From Octopus vulgaris (taxonomy: Eukaryota), in contig OX597817.1 of assembly GCA_951406725.2 (NCBI GenBank), positions 101,432,001 to 101,496,000 of the forward strand: 64,000 nt of DNA, in the 5' to 3' direction. Below are positions 1 through 14,596 of the stretch, piece by piece. The position numbers were made by a program, and so were the translations under genes. Within the stretch, counting starts at the first letter, position 1. The number at the start of each line of letters is the position of its first letter. A model generated the notes under the pieces. The model made no database searches. It was given only the letters and a program-made list of their open reading frames with translations, and had not been told where the DNA came from.

Positions 1-2470
1 ACGGAGATCCTTTCTGAGTTCCACTCTGTTGACCCGCAGTTACCACAGTGCGGATTGTGACACAGACCACTCACTAATTAGAAGCAGGGTGAGGATTCTC
101 CCTAAAAAGTCCATCGCTCCAAGAAAGTGGGCCGACCACGCATCAACACCGCCAGAACCTCGGACCCTACACTGCGAAAATGTTTTGCTGCTTCTATCAA
201 GGTTGCCCTCAGTAGCTGCCCAACCTCCTCTGCTGAAAGTAGGTGTGACTATATCAGGGAAGCCTTGTATACGACATCATTGGATACTTTCGGCATGAGA
301 GAAAGGCAAAACCCAGATTGGTTCAATGCTGGGCTCTCAGAGCTGGAGCCAGTTATCGAAGCAAAGCGTGCAGCTCTGGTGCAATACAAGAGTGACTCTT
401 CTACAAAGTCACTCGAAGAACTCAGAAAGGCACGAAATAAAACCCAACTGACAGCCAGATGCTGTGCAAATAGGTATTGGCAGGAAATCTGTCAGAGTAT
501 CCAGTCAGCTGCTGACAGGGGCGACACCCGTGGGATGTATGCTGGTTTGAAGAAGGCCCTCGGTCCATCCGCAACCAAGTCAGCCCCTCTGAAATCAACT
601 ACTGGAGATCTCATCAGGGATCAAGGCAAGCAAATGGATAGATGGGTGGAGCACTACCAGGATCTCTACTCACGGGAGACCACAGTGGCTGAGGCTGCAA
701 TCGAGAGTGTCAAGATCTTGCCAGTCATGTGCGAACTTGACAGTCTGCCATCTATAGCAGAGCTCACCAAGGCTGTTGACTCCCTAGCAAGAAATAAGGC
801 TCCGGGAAAAGACGGCATCCCCTCAGAGATCATCAAAGCCGGCAAAAACACCATCCTGCTTCGGCACCTTCATGAGCTTCTGTGTCAGTGCTGGGAAGAG
901 GGTACAGTCCCTCAGGATACGCGGGATGCCAACATCATTACGCTCTACAAAAACAAAGGTGACCGTGGTGATTGTAACAATTACCGTGGTATATCCCTTC
1001 TAAGCACTGTTGGAAAGACCTTTGCCCGCGTTATCCTGGCCAGGCTACAACTACTTGCTTCTCGAATCTATCCGGAATCGCAGTGTGGCTTTAGAAGAAG
1101 CAGATCAACTATCGATATGATATTCTCCATACGCCAACTTCAGGAGAAGTCCAGAGAGCAGAAAATGCCATTATATATGGCCTTCATTGATCTAACAAAG
1201 GCTTTTGACTCGGTAAGCAGAACAGGCCTCTTCCTCCTGCTCCAAAAAATCGGATGTCCACCAAAGCTGCTGAGGATCATCAAGTCTTTCCATGATGACA
1301 TGCAAGGCACCATACAGCACAACGGTTCAACATCAGCCGCCTTCCAAATAAAAAACGGGGTAAAGCAAGGCTGTGTCCTCGCTCCTACATTGTTTGGCAT
1401 CTTCTTCTCACTCTTGCTGTCACATGCCTTTCAGACATCAGATGATGGAGTGTTTCTGCACAGTAGAAGTGACGGGAAACTGTTCAATCTCTCGCGCCTG
1501 CGTGCCAAGACCAAAATCAGAAACGTCCTGATCAAGGAGATGTTATTTGCTGATGATGCCACTCTGGTAACACACACAGAAGAAGCCCTCCAAAGGCTCA
1601 TTAACTGTTTTGAGCAAGCATGTAACGACTTTGGCTTAGCTATCAGCCTTAAGAAGACCAACATCATGGGCCAGGCTACATCGGACATCCCAAACATACA
1701 TATTGGAGACCACAGATTACAAGAGGTGGAGAAGTTTACCTATCTGGGCTCTACCGTCACCTACAACCTATCTCTTGACGCTGAGCTCAATATACGCATT
1801 GGCAAGGCAGCTGCTGCGATGGCCCAACTCTCCAAACGGGCTTGGGACAACAATAAGCTGACCAAGACCACAAAAATGAAGATCTACCAGGCATGTGTAC
1901 TCAGCACTCTACTGTATGGAAGCGAGACCTGGACGCTATACACACGCCAAGAGCGTCGCCTAAACATCTTTCACCTACGCTGCCTCCGAAAAATCCTCCA
2001 CATCAAATGGCAGAATCATATCCCCAACAAAGATGTCCTCAGGCAAGCAGGAATACCAAGCAGGAATACGTTACAAGGATGTTTGCAAGGGATATGAAGG
2101 CTAGGTCTGTGGGTAGACCAACATCAACATTAGCGGTTGGGAGGCAGTCGCCGGCAACCGTGGAGAATGGCGACGTACAGTAAAAGAGGGTATACAGAGG
2201 AGTGACAGAAAGAGAGAGGAGAAATGGAAAGAAAGGAAGAGACATAAACAAGAGACCATGGCACTACAACCAGCCAGGAACAGTCTTCGCTACATTTGCA
2301 GTACCTGCCAGAGGGAGTGTTTGTCCAGGATAGGACTACACAGCCACAGCAAGAAATGTAACAGGAAATAAAATATAACAGCCGGACTAGACCTAAAAAA
2401 AAAATAAATAAATAAATAAATAAAAAATGCGCAACTCCATTGTCTCCCGAGACAGAAAGGATGCCAACAA
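1..2470 (+). mobile_element. RTE-clade (BovB-like) LINE, cut by the window edge at its 5' end, with an internal deletion near the 3' end
   Basis: End of APE domain (SADCDTDHSL) then RT ORF. C-terminal RYKDVC(K)RDMK remnant at ~2069-2099 and zinc-finger-like CSTCQRECLSRIGLHSHSKKC at ~2298-2360. 3' end near ...gagacagaaaggatgccaac. Confidence 0.9.
127..2097 (+). CDS. RTE LINE reverse transcriptase ORF (open 656 aa; true C-terminus lost by deletion/frameshift at ~2060)
   Basis: Motifs KAPGKDGI, NYRGISLL, QCGFR, FIDLTKAFD, GVKQGCVLAPTLF, LFADD, FTYLGS. Confidence 0.85.
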   Translation: MGRPRINTARTSDPTLRKCFAASIKVALSSCPTSSAESRCDYIREALYTTSLDTFGMRERQNPDWFNAGLSELEPVIEAKRAALVQYKSDSSTKSLEELRKARNKTQLTARCCANRYWQEICQSIQSAADRGDTRGMYAGLKKALGPSATKSAPLKSTTGDLIRDQGKQMDRWVEHYQDLYSRETTVAEAAIESVKILPVMCELDSLPSIAELTKAVDSLARNKAPGKDGIPSEIIKAGKNTILLRHLHELLCQCWEEGTVPQDTRDANIITLYKNKGDRGDCNNYRGISLLSTVGKTFARVILARLQLLASRIYPESQCGFRRSRSTIDMIFSIRQLQEKSREQKMPLYMAFIDLTKAFDSVSRTGLFLLLQKIGCPPKLLRIIKSFHDDMQGTIQHNGSTSAAFQIKNGVKQGCVLAPTLFGIFFSLLLSHAFQTSDDGVFLHSRSDGKLFNLSRLRAKTKIRNVLIKEMLFADDATLVTHTEEALQRLINCFEQACNDFGLAISLKKTNIMGQATSDIPNIHIGDHRLQEVEKFTYLGSTVTYNLSLDAELNIRIGKAAAAMAQLSKRAWDNNKLTKTTKMKIYQACVLSTLLYGSETWTLYTRQERRLNIFHLRCLRKILHIKWQNHIPNKDVLRQAGIPSRNTLQGCLQGI

Positions 2471-2689
2471 ATTTATATAGGCTTTCTATGATATAATGCA
2501 TGAGGTAGAGGTTGTTGTTGATAGATCCTATCTGAACTACACACGTCTGCGCTTTCCAACCACACCCTTTTCTAGCACCTTAGCCAAAAATCTTGACCAT
2601 TACATTTAGTGGAGTAATGGCTTGGAAATTATCAATGGTTTTTTTTTATGTTCGCCTCTCTTTTCAGCTGTGTAACCATTACCCGGATT

Positions 2690-3250
2690 ACAGAAGTGGG
2701 CATTTTAACATTTTTGCTGCTAGATGCAGTAAACGTCAGATAATAATCATCTTGCAAATATGGAATGTATGACTAATGCTCATAAGGCAGACTACTCATA
2801 GCAGGTGTCTGTTCGTTGTGGAACCACTTAACGCCACCTTCATTTCCGTTGCCGTTCACAACACTCTGTATTTTACACAGTGAGTTACTGCAGGCCATCG
2901 AAGTACGCACAAGATCCTACTACCATTTCTATACAACTGCTGTTTTCGAAATGTAAGCAAAGTATTATCGGAAGGCTGTACACATCCGCTTGGAATCAAG
3001 TAGCACGGGTCTATCACAGTTTGTTGAAGACGGAATTATGAAATAACTGCCATATTGCGCTACCACCACCCGTAACCATCCAATGACATTCTTAGCTCTG
3101 AGAAAACAAATCAGGAAAGTAGGATTGATAAGAAATATTCACCTGAAGAGTCAAAGACAAAAGAGAAACTGTCCAGTTCCCTACGACACCAGCCGCTCTA
3201 GCACACAACAGGACAATACTTTCAACAAAAAGGTATTTTAGAACTGCCAA
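2690..3250 (+). mobile_element. Possible highly degraded Penelope-like 3' remnant
   Basis: CTHPLGIK-like remnant at ~2976-3000 resembles the end of a PLE GIY-YIG domain. Hammerhead-like CTGAAGA-GTC-AAA-GAC...GAAAC at ~3143-3173. Confidence 0.3.
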
Positions 3251-3309
3251 ACGAAAACAAACTTAAGAGCTATCTGAGGTTGCCTTGCTAATACAAAATT
3301 ATAATAATC

Positions 3310-3558
3310 TTTCTAAGTTAGCACAAGGCCAGCAATTTTAATGGGTGAGTTAGACAATTACATCAACGCTATTGCTCAACTGGTACTTATTTTATTGTTA
3401 GCGAAAGGATTATAGGTACAAGGCCTGACATTTTTGGGGAGGAGTCTAGTAGATTACATCAACCTCAGTGTTCAACTGGTACAAAAATAAAAGGCACGAT
3501 CGGTCTTAACAGAATTTGAACTCAGAACGTAGTCAGAAGAAATACCGGTCAGCATATT

Positions 3559-3562
<4 letters not shown>
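3310..3562 (-). mobile_element. tRNA-derived SINE family A, degraded, with partly duplicated 3' part
   Basis: Matches the other family A copies (cacaaggcc...caactggtacttatttt...gaatttgaactcagaacgta...gaaatacc). Confidence 0.7.

Positions 3563-3564
<2 letters not shown>

Positions 3565-3640
<76 letters not shown>
3565..3640. repeat. (AAT)n microsatellite abutting the 5' end of an R4/Dong element
   Basis: Direct reading. Confidence 0.95.
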
Positions 3641-5876
<2,236 letters not shown>

Positions 5877-8014
5877 TCCTTCCACAAGCTCAAAAAGGTT
5901 GTAAAAGAAACTCTTATGGGTGCAAAGACCAATTGCTCATAAACAGAATGATTGTAGAGAATTGCCGGAGCAAACACAAAAACCTGAGTATGGCATGGAT
6001 AGACTACAGGAAAGCGTATGACAGTGTCCCACATAAATGGATACTCAAGGCCCTTGAGATATACAAGATCTCTCCTGTCGTCTCAAAATTCTTACAGAAT
6101 AGCATGACCATGTGGAACACACGTCTCTTTCTAAGCCATAGTAATGGAATGAGCCAGTCCAACAGCATCAACATCAAACGAGGCATCTTTCAAGGTGACT
6201 CTCTCTCTCTATTACTTTTTTGCATGGCACTGATCCCACTCTCAAACGAATTGGATAGTACCAGATATGGGTACAAAGTTTTTAGTAAGTCAATAAACCA
6301 CCTTTTCTATATGGACGACCTAAAGCTGTTTGCCAGGAATGACCAAGAGCTAGAAGCGCTGCTAACAACTGTTAAAGAGTTTAGCAATGATATCGGAATG
6401 GATTTTGGCCTTGATAAGTGTGCTAAAGCAACTTTTGTAAGAGGCAAGCTCAGGCAAACAGCTTCTGTTAAATTAGATATTGACACTACCATCAAGGAAC
6501 TTGACCCACAAGAAAGTTACAAATACCTAGGAATCAACGAAGGAGATGGTATACATCATGCTACTATATAGGAAAAAATAAGAAAGGAATACTATAGGAG
6601 AATAAGGCTTGTACTGAAGACTGAACTCAACCCCAAAAATTGCATTGAGGCCATTAACACCCTGGCACTTCCAGTAGTCCAGTACAGTTTTAACATCATT
6701 AACTGGAACCTTACGGAACTCCAACGCTTGGACAGGAAGACAAGAAAATTACTGACATCTAAGAGCATGCACCACCCTAAGGCAGATGTATACCGCCTGT
6801 ACCTACCTAGAAGCAGCGGGGGGAGAGGAATGATGCAATTAGAGCTGTGCTATAAGACCTCTACTGTAGGAATGAACAGGTACCTATCTAGTACAAAAGA
6901 CTGGATGCTGCGACTTGTGTGCGAACACGAAAGCAGCAAAAAGCTGCATTCTATTGTCAAGGAAGCTTATAAGTTCGAAAGGGAACTAGACATTAACCTT
7001 GAATCAGATGAAGAGCCGGAAACCACCGCTACCAAGCAAGCAAAGCGAATCAAGCAGACTGCAAAAAAGAATGGGCAGAATCAAATTGAGAGGCGGTGGA
7101 GCCAGAAGCCCCTGCATGGACAATATATTCTCCGAAGCCAAAGTGCTGATGTAGACCAAGCAACAACCCATCAGTGGCTGAAGAGCTCTGGATTGAAAGT
7201 AGAGACTGAAGGCTTCATACTGGCAGCACAAGATCAAAGTTTGTTTACCAGAAATTACCAGGCTAACGTTCTCAGAAATAGTACTGACCCTAAATCCAGA
7301 TTCTGCGACACATTTGACGAAACAATAGACCATCTCGTTTCGGGATGTCCTGTGCTGACACCAAACGAATACAAAAATCGCCACGATAGGGTAGGACAGT
7401 ATATACATTGGAAGATATGTAAACACTACAAATTCGGCACTCCTGCTAACTGGTATGAACACCATTCTTAGCCAGTTGTTGAAGGTAAAGATGTCACCAT
7501 CCTCTGGGATTTTCCAGTCAACACTGACAGAACGATCAAGGCTAATCGACCAGACATAATTGTTAAAGACGGGGAAGAAAATACCTGCAGACTAATAGAG
7601 GTAAGCGTCCCCACTGATAAAAATGTATCTGTAAAGGAATTTGACAAACTTAGTAAATATAAGGACCTGGAAATCGAAATACAAAAGATGTGGAATCTTA
7701 AAACAAAAACTGTTCCTGTTATTGTAGGTGCCCTAGGTATGATAAAAAAGGGATGTCAGAAACACCTAGACAATATCCCTGGAGAACCATGTCTCAAGGA
7801 AATCCAGAAGATTGTGCTAACAAGTACTGCCCACATCCTTAGAAAAACCCTATCAATGTAAATGTTTGTGTTTGTATTACATGGAGATATTTCTCTACTT
7901 CCCCTCCCCAAGCTTTCAGCTATATTTCAACAACTCTTAACCTTCACTTGCCCTAGGGCGCTGGGTGTGCCCCGGCAAGGGATTGCATCAAACATGCAGA
8001 TTAAAAGTAAATGA
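5877..8014 (+). mobile_element. R4/Dong-type RLE retrotransposon, family B, 5'-truncated, with stops
   Basis: RT motifs AWIDYRKAYDSVPH, GIFQGDSLS, FYMDDLKL, YKYLG; then GGRG, AAQDQ, zinc-knuckle remnant, RHD and RPD RLE motifs. Flanked by (AAT)n on both sides. Confidence 0.9.
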
Positions 8015-8350
<336 letters not shown>

Positions 8351-9034
8351 GCGTATCTCAACAGGCATGATATAGCTGCACAATATATTCACTGGGTAAT
8401 TTGCAAAAACCTGGATTTGCCCCATGAAAAAAACTGGTGGGAACACAAAGGACCTTCAGTGCTTGAAAATTACCACATCTCACTCCTCTGGAACTTCACC
8501 ATTCAAACTGACAGAAAGATAGATGCAAATAGGCCAGACATCATATTGAAAGACTTCAGACAAAGAACATGCTTCCTCATTGATATGACTGTCCCAATCG
8601 ATATAAACGTATCTGTCAAGACCTACCAAAAACTGAGCAAATATAAAGATCTTGAAATAGAAATCAGCAAAATGTGGAACCTGAAGATTAAAACAATACC
8701 TGTTGCCATAGGTGCCCTGGGAATGATAGCGAAAGGGGCTGATTGCTACCTAACTCAGATACCAGAAAACCCCAAAATGGCAGAAATTCAAAAGATAGTG
8801 CTCATGGGAACTGCTCATATCCTACGCAAAATACTTCCTATGTAATCTCAGGGTTTAAAACAAACGTAATTTTCGGGGTTTTTTTAGACATTCACTAGTA
8901 CAACACCAAAAATATATATATATATGACACACTAGGCATAACAACAACATGAACTTCCAACCTGTTGTCTCTTGAGGTCTCTGGGTGAGACTTGGAGCCA
9001 ACTTGTACAAATATAAAGGAAAAGTCAAACATAG
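8351..9034 (+). mobile_element. R4/Dong-type RLE retrotransposon, family C, 3' fragment
   Basis: YLNRHD...WNFTIQTDRKIDANRPDI...KLSKYKDL...IGALG, with its own distinct 3' UTR. Flanked by (AAT)n. Confidence 0.88.
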
Positions 9035-9109
9035 AATAATAATAATAATAACAATAATAATAATATTTTAAAAGGATTGACGTAACTCTTTATAAAGGCA
9101 TATAGACAA

Positions 9110-11920
9110 TATGAAGAACGCGATACGATTGCAATACATATTTTATTGGTTGAATATTTCGACAGCTTGCCTGTCTTTGTCGAGTTCAAAATGAAAAGTG
9201 ATAAAATTCAGAATTGTTGAAATTCAAATCCAAAATATGAACGAGAGCAATCAGCGTCCCCACGTTAATAGAATGACATCATCAGTTTTCAGATTTCGAG
9301 TTTACAACTGGGCAAAACAAAAAGAAAGAATAAAGAGAAAAAGAAAAGCTACGAAAGAAAAGGAAAAAGAAAAATATTTAATCAAACAGTTTTGTGTAAA
9401 TATGATGAAATTCTCCTGTAATTTTATTCATTGTTCCAGGGCATGATGTTAATAATCAACAAACATATTTCTCCTCATGCATTTTGAGTACTGAAAGCGT
9501 AGCAGATTCAGAATATTTTCTGAGAATATGCACTTTCAAGTCATTTTCAGAATTGCAGCTGTTTGATGCAAAATATTCGGCAAGTTCTGTCAAGCTACTG
9601 TTGTTGTGCCTGACGTCATATCTGTGCCCATTGAATATTATGTTTAATCGTTCTGTTGTACAACCAACATACATGAAGTTGTGTTTGGTGCATTCTGCTG
9701 CGTACACCAAATGGGAATCTCTACACGTCTCACCTTGCGTGTAAATCATAACATTTCTGTTATGATTCCTGATAGAATTCACTTGACTCATGCTGGATAA
9801 GGGAAGCGCCATTGTAATTATGGGCAAAAGTGAGTATATTTCAGCTTGTGAAGATGTTTAAGTGACAAAACTTCATATAAAGAATTACTTGTCGATCTAA
9901 ACCACAATTACAGAGAGGAACTTCACAAAATATTTCTTGAAATGAAGGAAAATTATTTCATTAATAGGGTGAATCTAGGATTTGACGGTCAGAAAGAAGA
10001 ACACCTGTATTTCATGGTCTCTCTGAAATACCCTCAAAATTCGAAAGATTTCTTCTAATGCACCCAATTTGCAGCGGATATGGATGTTGTACAGCCAAAC
10101 TTTCGGAGTGGCTGGGTGGCTTTCTACTCCCTGTCGCAAAAAGATCAAGTTCCTATATTCGGAATACTTTTGATTTTGTGTCTAAAATCAACAATTTTTT
10201 AAGCACCGAAGTAATATAGAAAACTGTTTTTTGGTAACCATGGATGTTTCTTTCTTATATCCTAATATTTACCACCGATGAAGGGGTAGAAATATGCATG
10301 AATGCCTTCGAAAAACGGTCAAACAAATGTATTGCATCTAATTTTCTCTGTAGGCTATTGAAGTTTGTGTTACAAAGTAACACGATGAAATTTGGACAAA
10401 CTTGTACCACTAGACGAGGGGTTGCGTCATGGGCACCCCCATGGCAGTTGATTTCGCTGTTTTTATGACGAAATTCGAGACACAGTTACTGAAGACATTC
10501 AAATCCCTAAATGGTCATGGACCAATACTCTGGTTACGGTTCATTGATAACGTCTTTTTCAGTTTGGGGAAGGTTACACGATAGTTTAATTGACTTTTCT
10601 GCATTTAATTGCATTTCTGTGACTGTTATGCTAAAACCTATGGCTTTAAGTCCGACATAAAATTTACGTCTGGTTTTTGAAAACTAGCGTTGAATTTTTG
10701 GACACAAGTTGTCTGGAGGCAGAATAGTTACAGGGTTATTTTGCTAGCCCATGTCATCCCACATTTACCTCCACTGCCGCTCGGTCAAATCCGAAATCCC
10801 AATTTTCGAGGATAAAATGGATTTGTACTGACATAGGGGTTACTGAAAACATGCAAATGCTTTTGAACTTCAATATGCCAAACTCGGTTACAGTGAATCA
10901 TAATTAAAGGAAATGGCAAATGCTAAGATTAGCAAAGAAAGTCAAACTTTCGCGAATAATTTTAGTAAACGAAGTACAGCATCTGACAGAATTCCTTTTG
11001 TGATTAACTGGCACCGAAATTTCGCTGGCATTACAAAAGTGTTTCATGACAGTTACCAGCACGTTGTGGAAAATGTCCTTGTTTCAGACAAATATTTTTT
11101 CAGCCGCCTATTGTAGCCTTTAGACAGAATAAAGATATAAGAGAACTATTAACCTCTACTTCTGATTCCAAGAAAACTAGCGTTGGAGTTCCTACACGCT
11201 GTACTTTGAAAAACAACCTCAAATTAGGTAATCCCTATTCATTGTGCAACAACATGAGTCAAGTGATTTCAACAGGAATCATAACAGGAATGTTATGATT
11301 TACACGCAAGGTAGAACGTGTAGAGATTCCCATTTGGTGCACGGAGTAGAATGCACCGAACATAATTTCATGTATGTTGGTTGTACAACGGAACAATTAC
11401 ACAAAAGTTTCAATGAGCACAGATATGACATCAAGCACAATAACAGTAGCTCGACATTTTGCCGAACATTTGCCGAACATTTTTTATCAAATGGCTACAA
11501 TTTTGAAAAGGACTTGAAAATTCTCAGAATATCCTCAGAAAATATTCTGAACTTGCTACACTTTCAGTACTCAAAATGCATGAGGAGAAATATGTTTGTG
11601 GGTTAGTGATATCAGGCCCTGGAGCAATGAATAAAATTACAGGAGAACTTCATCATATTTACACAAAACTGTTTAAATATTCTTCTTTTTCCTTTTCTTT
11701 TTTCTCTTTTTCTTTCTTTTTCTTATTGTCAGTTGTATACTTGGAATTTGAAAACTAATGATGTTATTCTATCAACGTTGGGACGCTGGTTGCTCTCGTT
11801 CATATTTTGGATTTGAATTTCAACAATTTTTAATTTTTATTTCTTTTCATTTTGAACTCGACAAAGACATGCTAACTGCCGAAATATTGTTTAACCAATA
11901 AAACGCATCGCGGTCTTTGT
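9110..11920 (+). mobile_element. Penelope-like element, degraded RT + GIY-YIG, with inverted copy of its 3' part at the 5' end
   Basis: + strand remnants DKGSAIVIM (~9795), LVTMDVSFLYPNI, LWLRFIDN, and GIY-YIG (HLVHGVECTEHNFMYVGCTT) at 11244-11606. 9110-9790 is the reverse complement of ~11270-11915 (minus ORF 9456-9827). Confidence 0.85.
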
Positions 11921-11929
11921 ATTATCTAT

Positions 11930-11946
11930 TAATAATCATAATAATG

Positions 11947-12029
<83 letters not shown>

Positions 12030-12056
12030 TAATAATAATAATAATAATAATAATAA
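11930..12056. repeat. (AAT)n microsatellite
   Basis: Direct reading. Confidence 0.9.
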
Positions 12057-12460
12057 AGGACTTGTCCCAAACTTTGGCATCGAGAGTTACATAAATGCTA
12101 GAACTGGGCACCAATGCATGGTGCCAAGAACTCCAAATTTGCCATCAAGATGTAGGACAAGATACTGTGATAGCCTGGGCTTCAGAGGCCCACAGCTCTT
12201 CAATATCCTCCCGAAGAACCTGAGAGATCTGCATGGGGTGGATGCAGATGTCTTTAAAATAAACTGGATCTCTCCCTGTCAGGTGTCCCAGATGAACCAA
12301 CTTCACGGCAGGAGATGCAGATGAGGGCAGCTGCATCGAACTCTCTCATGCACCAAATAGCAGTTGCTAAAAAGCATTCGTAAAGTAAAATCATGTAGCA
12401 ACACCAAATGGCGGTGCCCCAGCATGGCCACAGCTCGTGAGCTGAAACTAGATGAAATAA
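12057..12460 (+). mobile_element. CR1/L2-group LINE 3' fragment
   Basis: C-terminal SLGFRGPQLFNILPKNLRDL...VFK pattern. 3' tail ggcggtgccccagcatggccacagctcgtgagctgaaac is shared with SINE family B. Confidence 0.75.
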
Positions 12461-12524
12461 AATATAATAAAAATAATAATAATAACATCAACAACAACAA
12501 CAACAACAAAAATGATAATAAGAA

Positions 12525-12729
12525 TCCTTTCTACTATAGGCACAAAGCCTGGAATTTGTGGGGAAGCCGATAGTCGATCACATCAACCCCAGTACTCAAA
12601 TGATAATTTATCGGCCCCGAAAGAATGAAAGGCAACGTCTACCTCGGATGATTTTCAACTCAAAGCGTGGTGACAGACAAAATATCACTAAGCATTTCGT
12701 CCGGCATACTATTCTACCAGCCCACCGCC

Positions 12730-12732
<3 letters not shown>
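12525..12732 (-). mobile_element. tRNA-derived SINE family A
   Basis: Reverse complement begins aaggcggtgggctggtagaatagt; body matches 21683-21883 and 52832-53012. Confidence 0.75.
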
Positions 12733-12822
<90 letters not shown>

Positions 12823-12824
<2 letters not shown>

Positions 12825-14516
12825 CACTATTAAAGACACTTCATGGATTTACCAAAGAAATAGATATGAAATTTGGATTAGAAAAATGCGCCAAAGTAAC
12901 CATGAAAAGAGGAAAACTAGTTAAGAGTAGCAACATCACACTAGATAAAACCAATGAAATAAAAGAATTAGACCAAAGCCAAACTTACAAATACTTAGGA
13001 ATCCATGAACTAGATAAGACACAACACACACAAATGAAAGAGAAAATAAAAAAAGAATATTATAGACGAGTTAGATCAATACTAAAAAACAGAGCTCAAT
13101 GCTAAAAACAAGATAATAGGTATTAACACTTTAGCTGTCCCAGTTATAAGTTACAGCTACAATATCCTTAACTGGACACTAAATGAACTGACCAAAATAG
13201 ATAGGAAAACAAGAAAAATAATGGTAGGATCTAGGATGCATCACCCAAAATCTGACATAGAAAGACTATATATACAACGTATAGAAGGTGGTAGAGGCCT
13301 TATGCAGCTGGAAAACTACTATAAAATAACCACCATAGGACTGCAAAAATATCTACTTCAGAAGGAAGGAAAACTGATACAAATAGCGGCAAAACACGAG
13401 CAAAACAAAAACTGTTCTCAGTATTTAAGGAAGCTGACAAATACAAACAAGAAATCATACCACCTAACAAATATAAAGAAGAAGAAGAAGAAGAAGAAGA
13501 AGAAGAAGAAGAAGAAGAAGAAGAAGAAGAAGAAGAAGAAGAAGAAGAAGAAGAAGAAGAAGAAGAAGAAGAAGAAGAAGAAACAACAAAAGCTATAAAA
13601 CAAATGAAATCCAAACTAAAACTAGAACAGCAAAGAACCGTGATAAAACGATGGCAAGAAAGCCTCTCCGCGGTAAATACTGGACTAAAATAAATGCAAA
13701 AGAAATAGACAAAGAAAAATCCCAGCAATGGTTGAGAAGCTCAGGACTCAAAGCAGAGACAGAGGGATTTTTAATTGCAGCACAAGACCAAAAGCCTCTC
13801 CACCACAAATTACCAAAAACATGTAATGAAAAGAAATATAACAAGTAACTGCAGAATATGTGGAGATGGACAAGAAACAATAAATCATATTATCTCTGGC
13901 TGCCCAGTCCTGGATAAGAAGGAATATATTCACAGACATGACAGAGTTGGAACCTACATACACTGGAAGCTATGCCAACATTATGGAATAACAACAGAAA
14001 AAAGTTGGTATAGGCACACACCAGAAAAGGTCACAGAAAACGAGAAAGCAACCATACTCTGGGATATGCCGATACACACAGATAGAGAAATTAAGGCCAA
14101 CAGACCAGATATAGTTGTCAGAGATCATGAAGGAAAATAATGCTTTCTAATTGATGTATCAATACCGGCAGATGACAACGTGTCTCTAAAAGAAATGGAG
14201 AAACTTTCAAAATACAAAGACCTGGAAATGGAGGTAACCTGAATGTGGAATCTAAAAACAGAAACAATTCCTATCATAGTAGGTGCATTAGGCATGATAA
14301 AAACATATTCAGACAAATACATAACAAAAACACCAGGACTTACAAACACATATAACATACAGAAAATTGCACAACTAGGCACTGCACACATCCTACGCAG
14401 AACACTTTCCATACAATAACCATCAGAGCATCACAACAAATCACAGCACATACCCAAGGCATACAGAGCTGCGCTCGGTAGTGAAGTGAAAGCACGCTAA
14501 AAAAATAATAAAACTA

Positions 14517-14519
<3 letters not shown>
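12823..14519 (+). mobile_element. R4/Dong family A, copy 2, 5'-truncated, with (GAA)n expansion inside the ORF
   Basis: MKFGLEKCAK, YKYLG, HHPKSDIERLY...GGRG, CRICG...HIISGC, RHD, RPD. Near-identical to 32880-34593. Flanked by (AAT)n. Confidence 0.9.

Positions 14520-14596
<77 letters not shown>

Noticed and set aside
13221-13728. Poly-Lys/Ser/Phe ORFs (also 33274-33805)
   Set aside because: Wrong-frame readings of the (GAA)n tract after an A-run frameshift; the element's frame gives poly-Glu.
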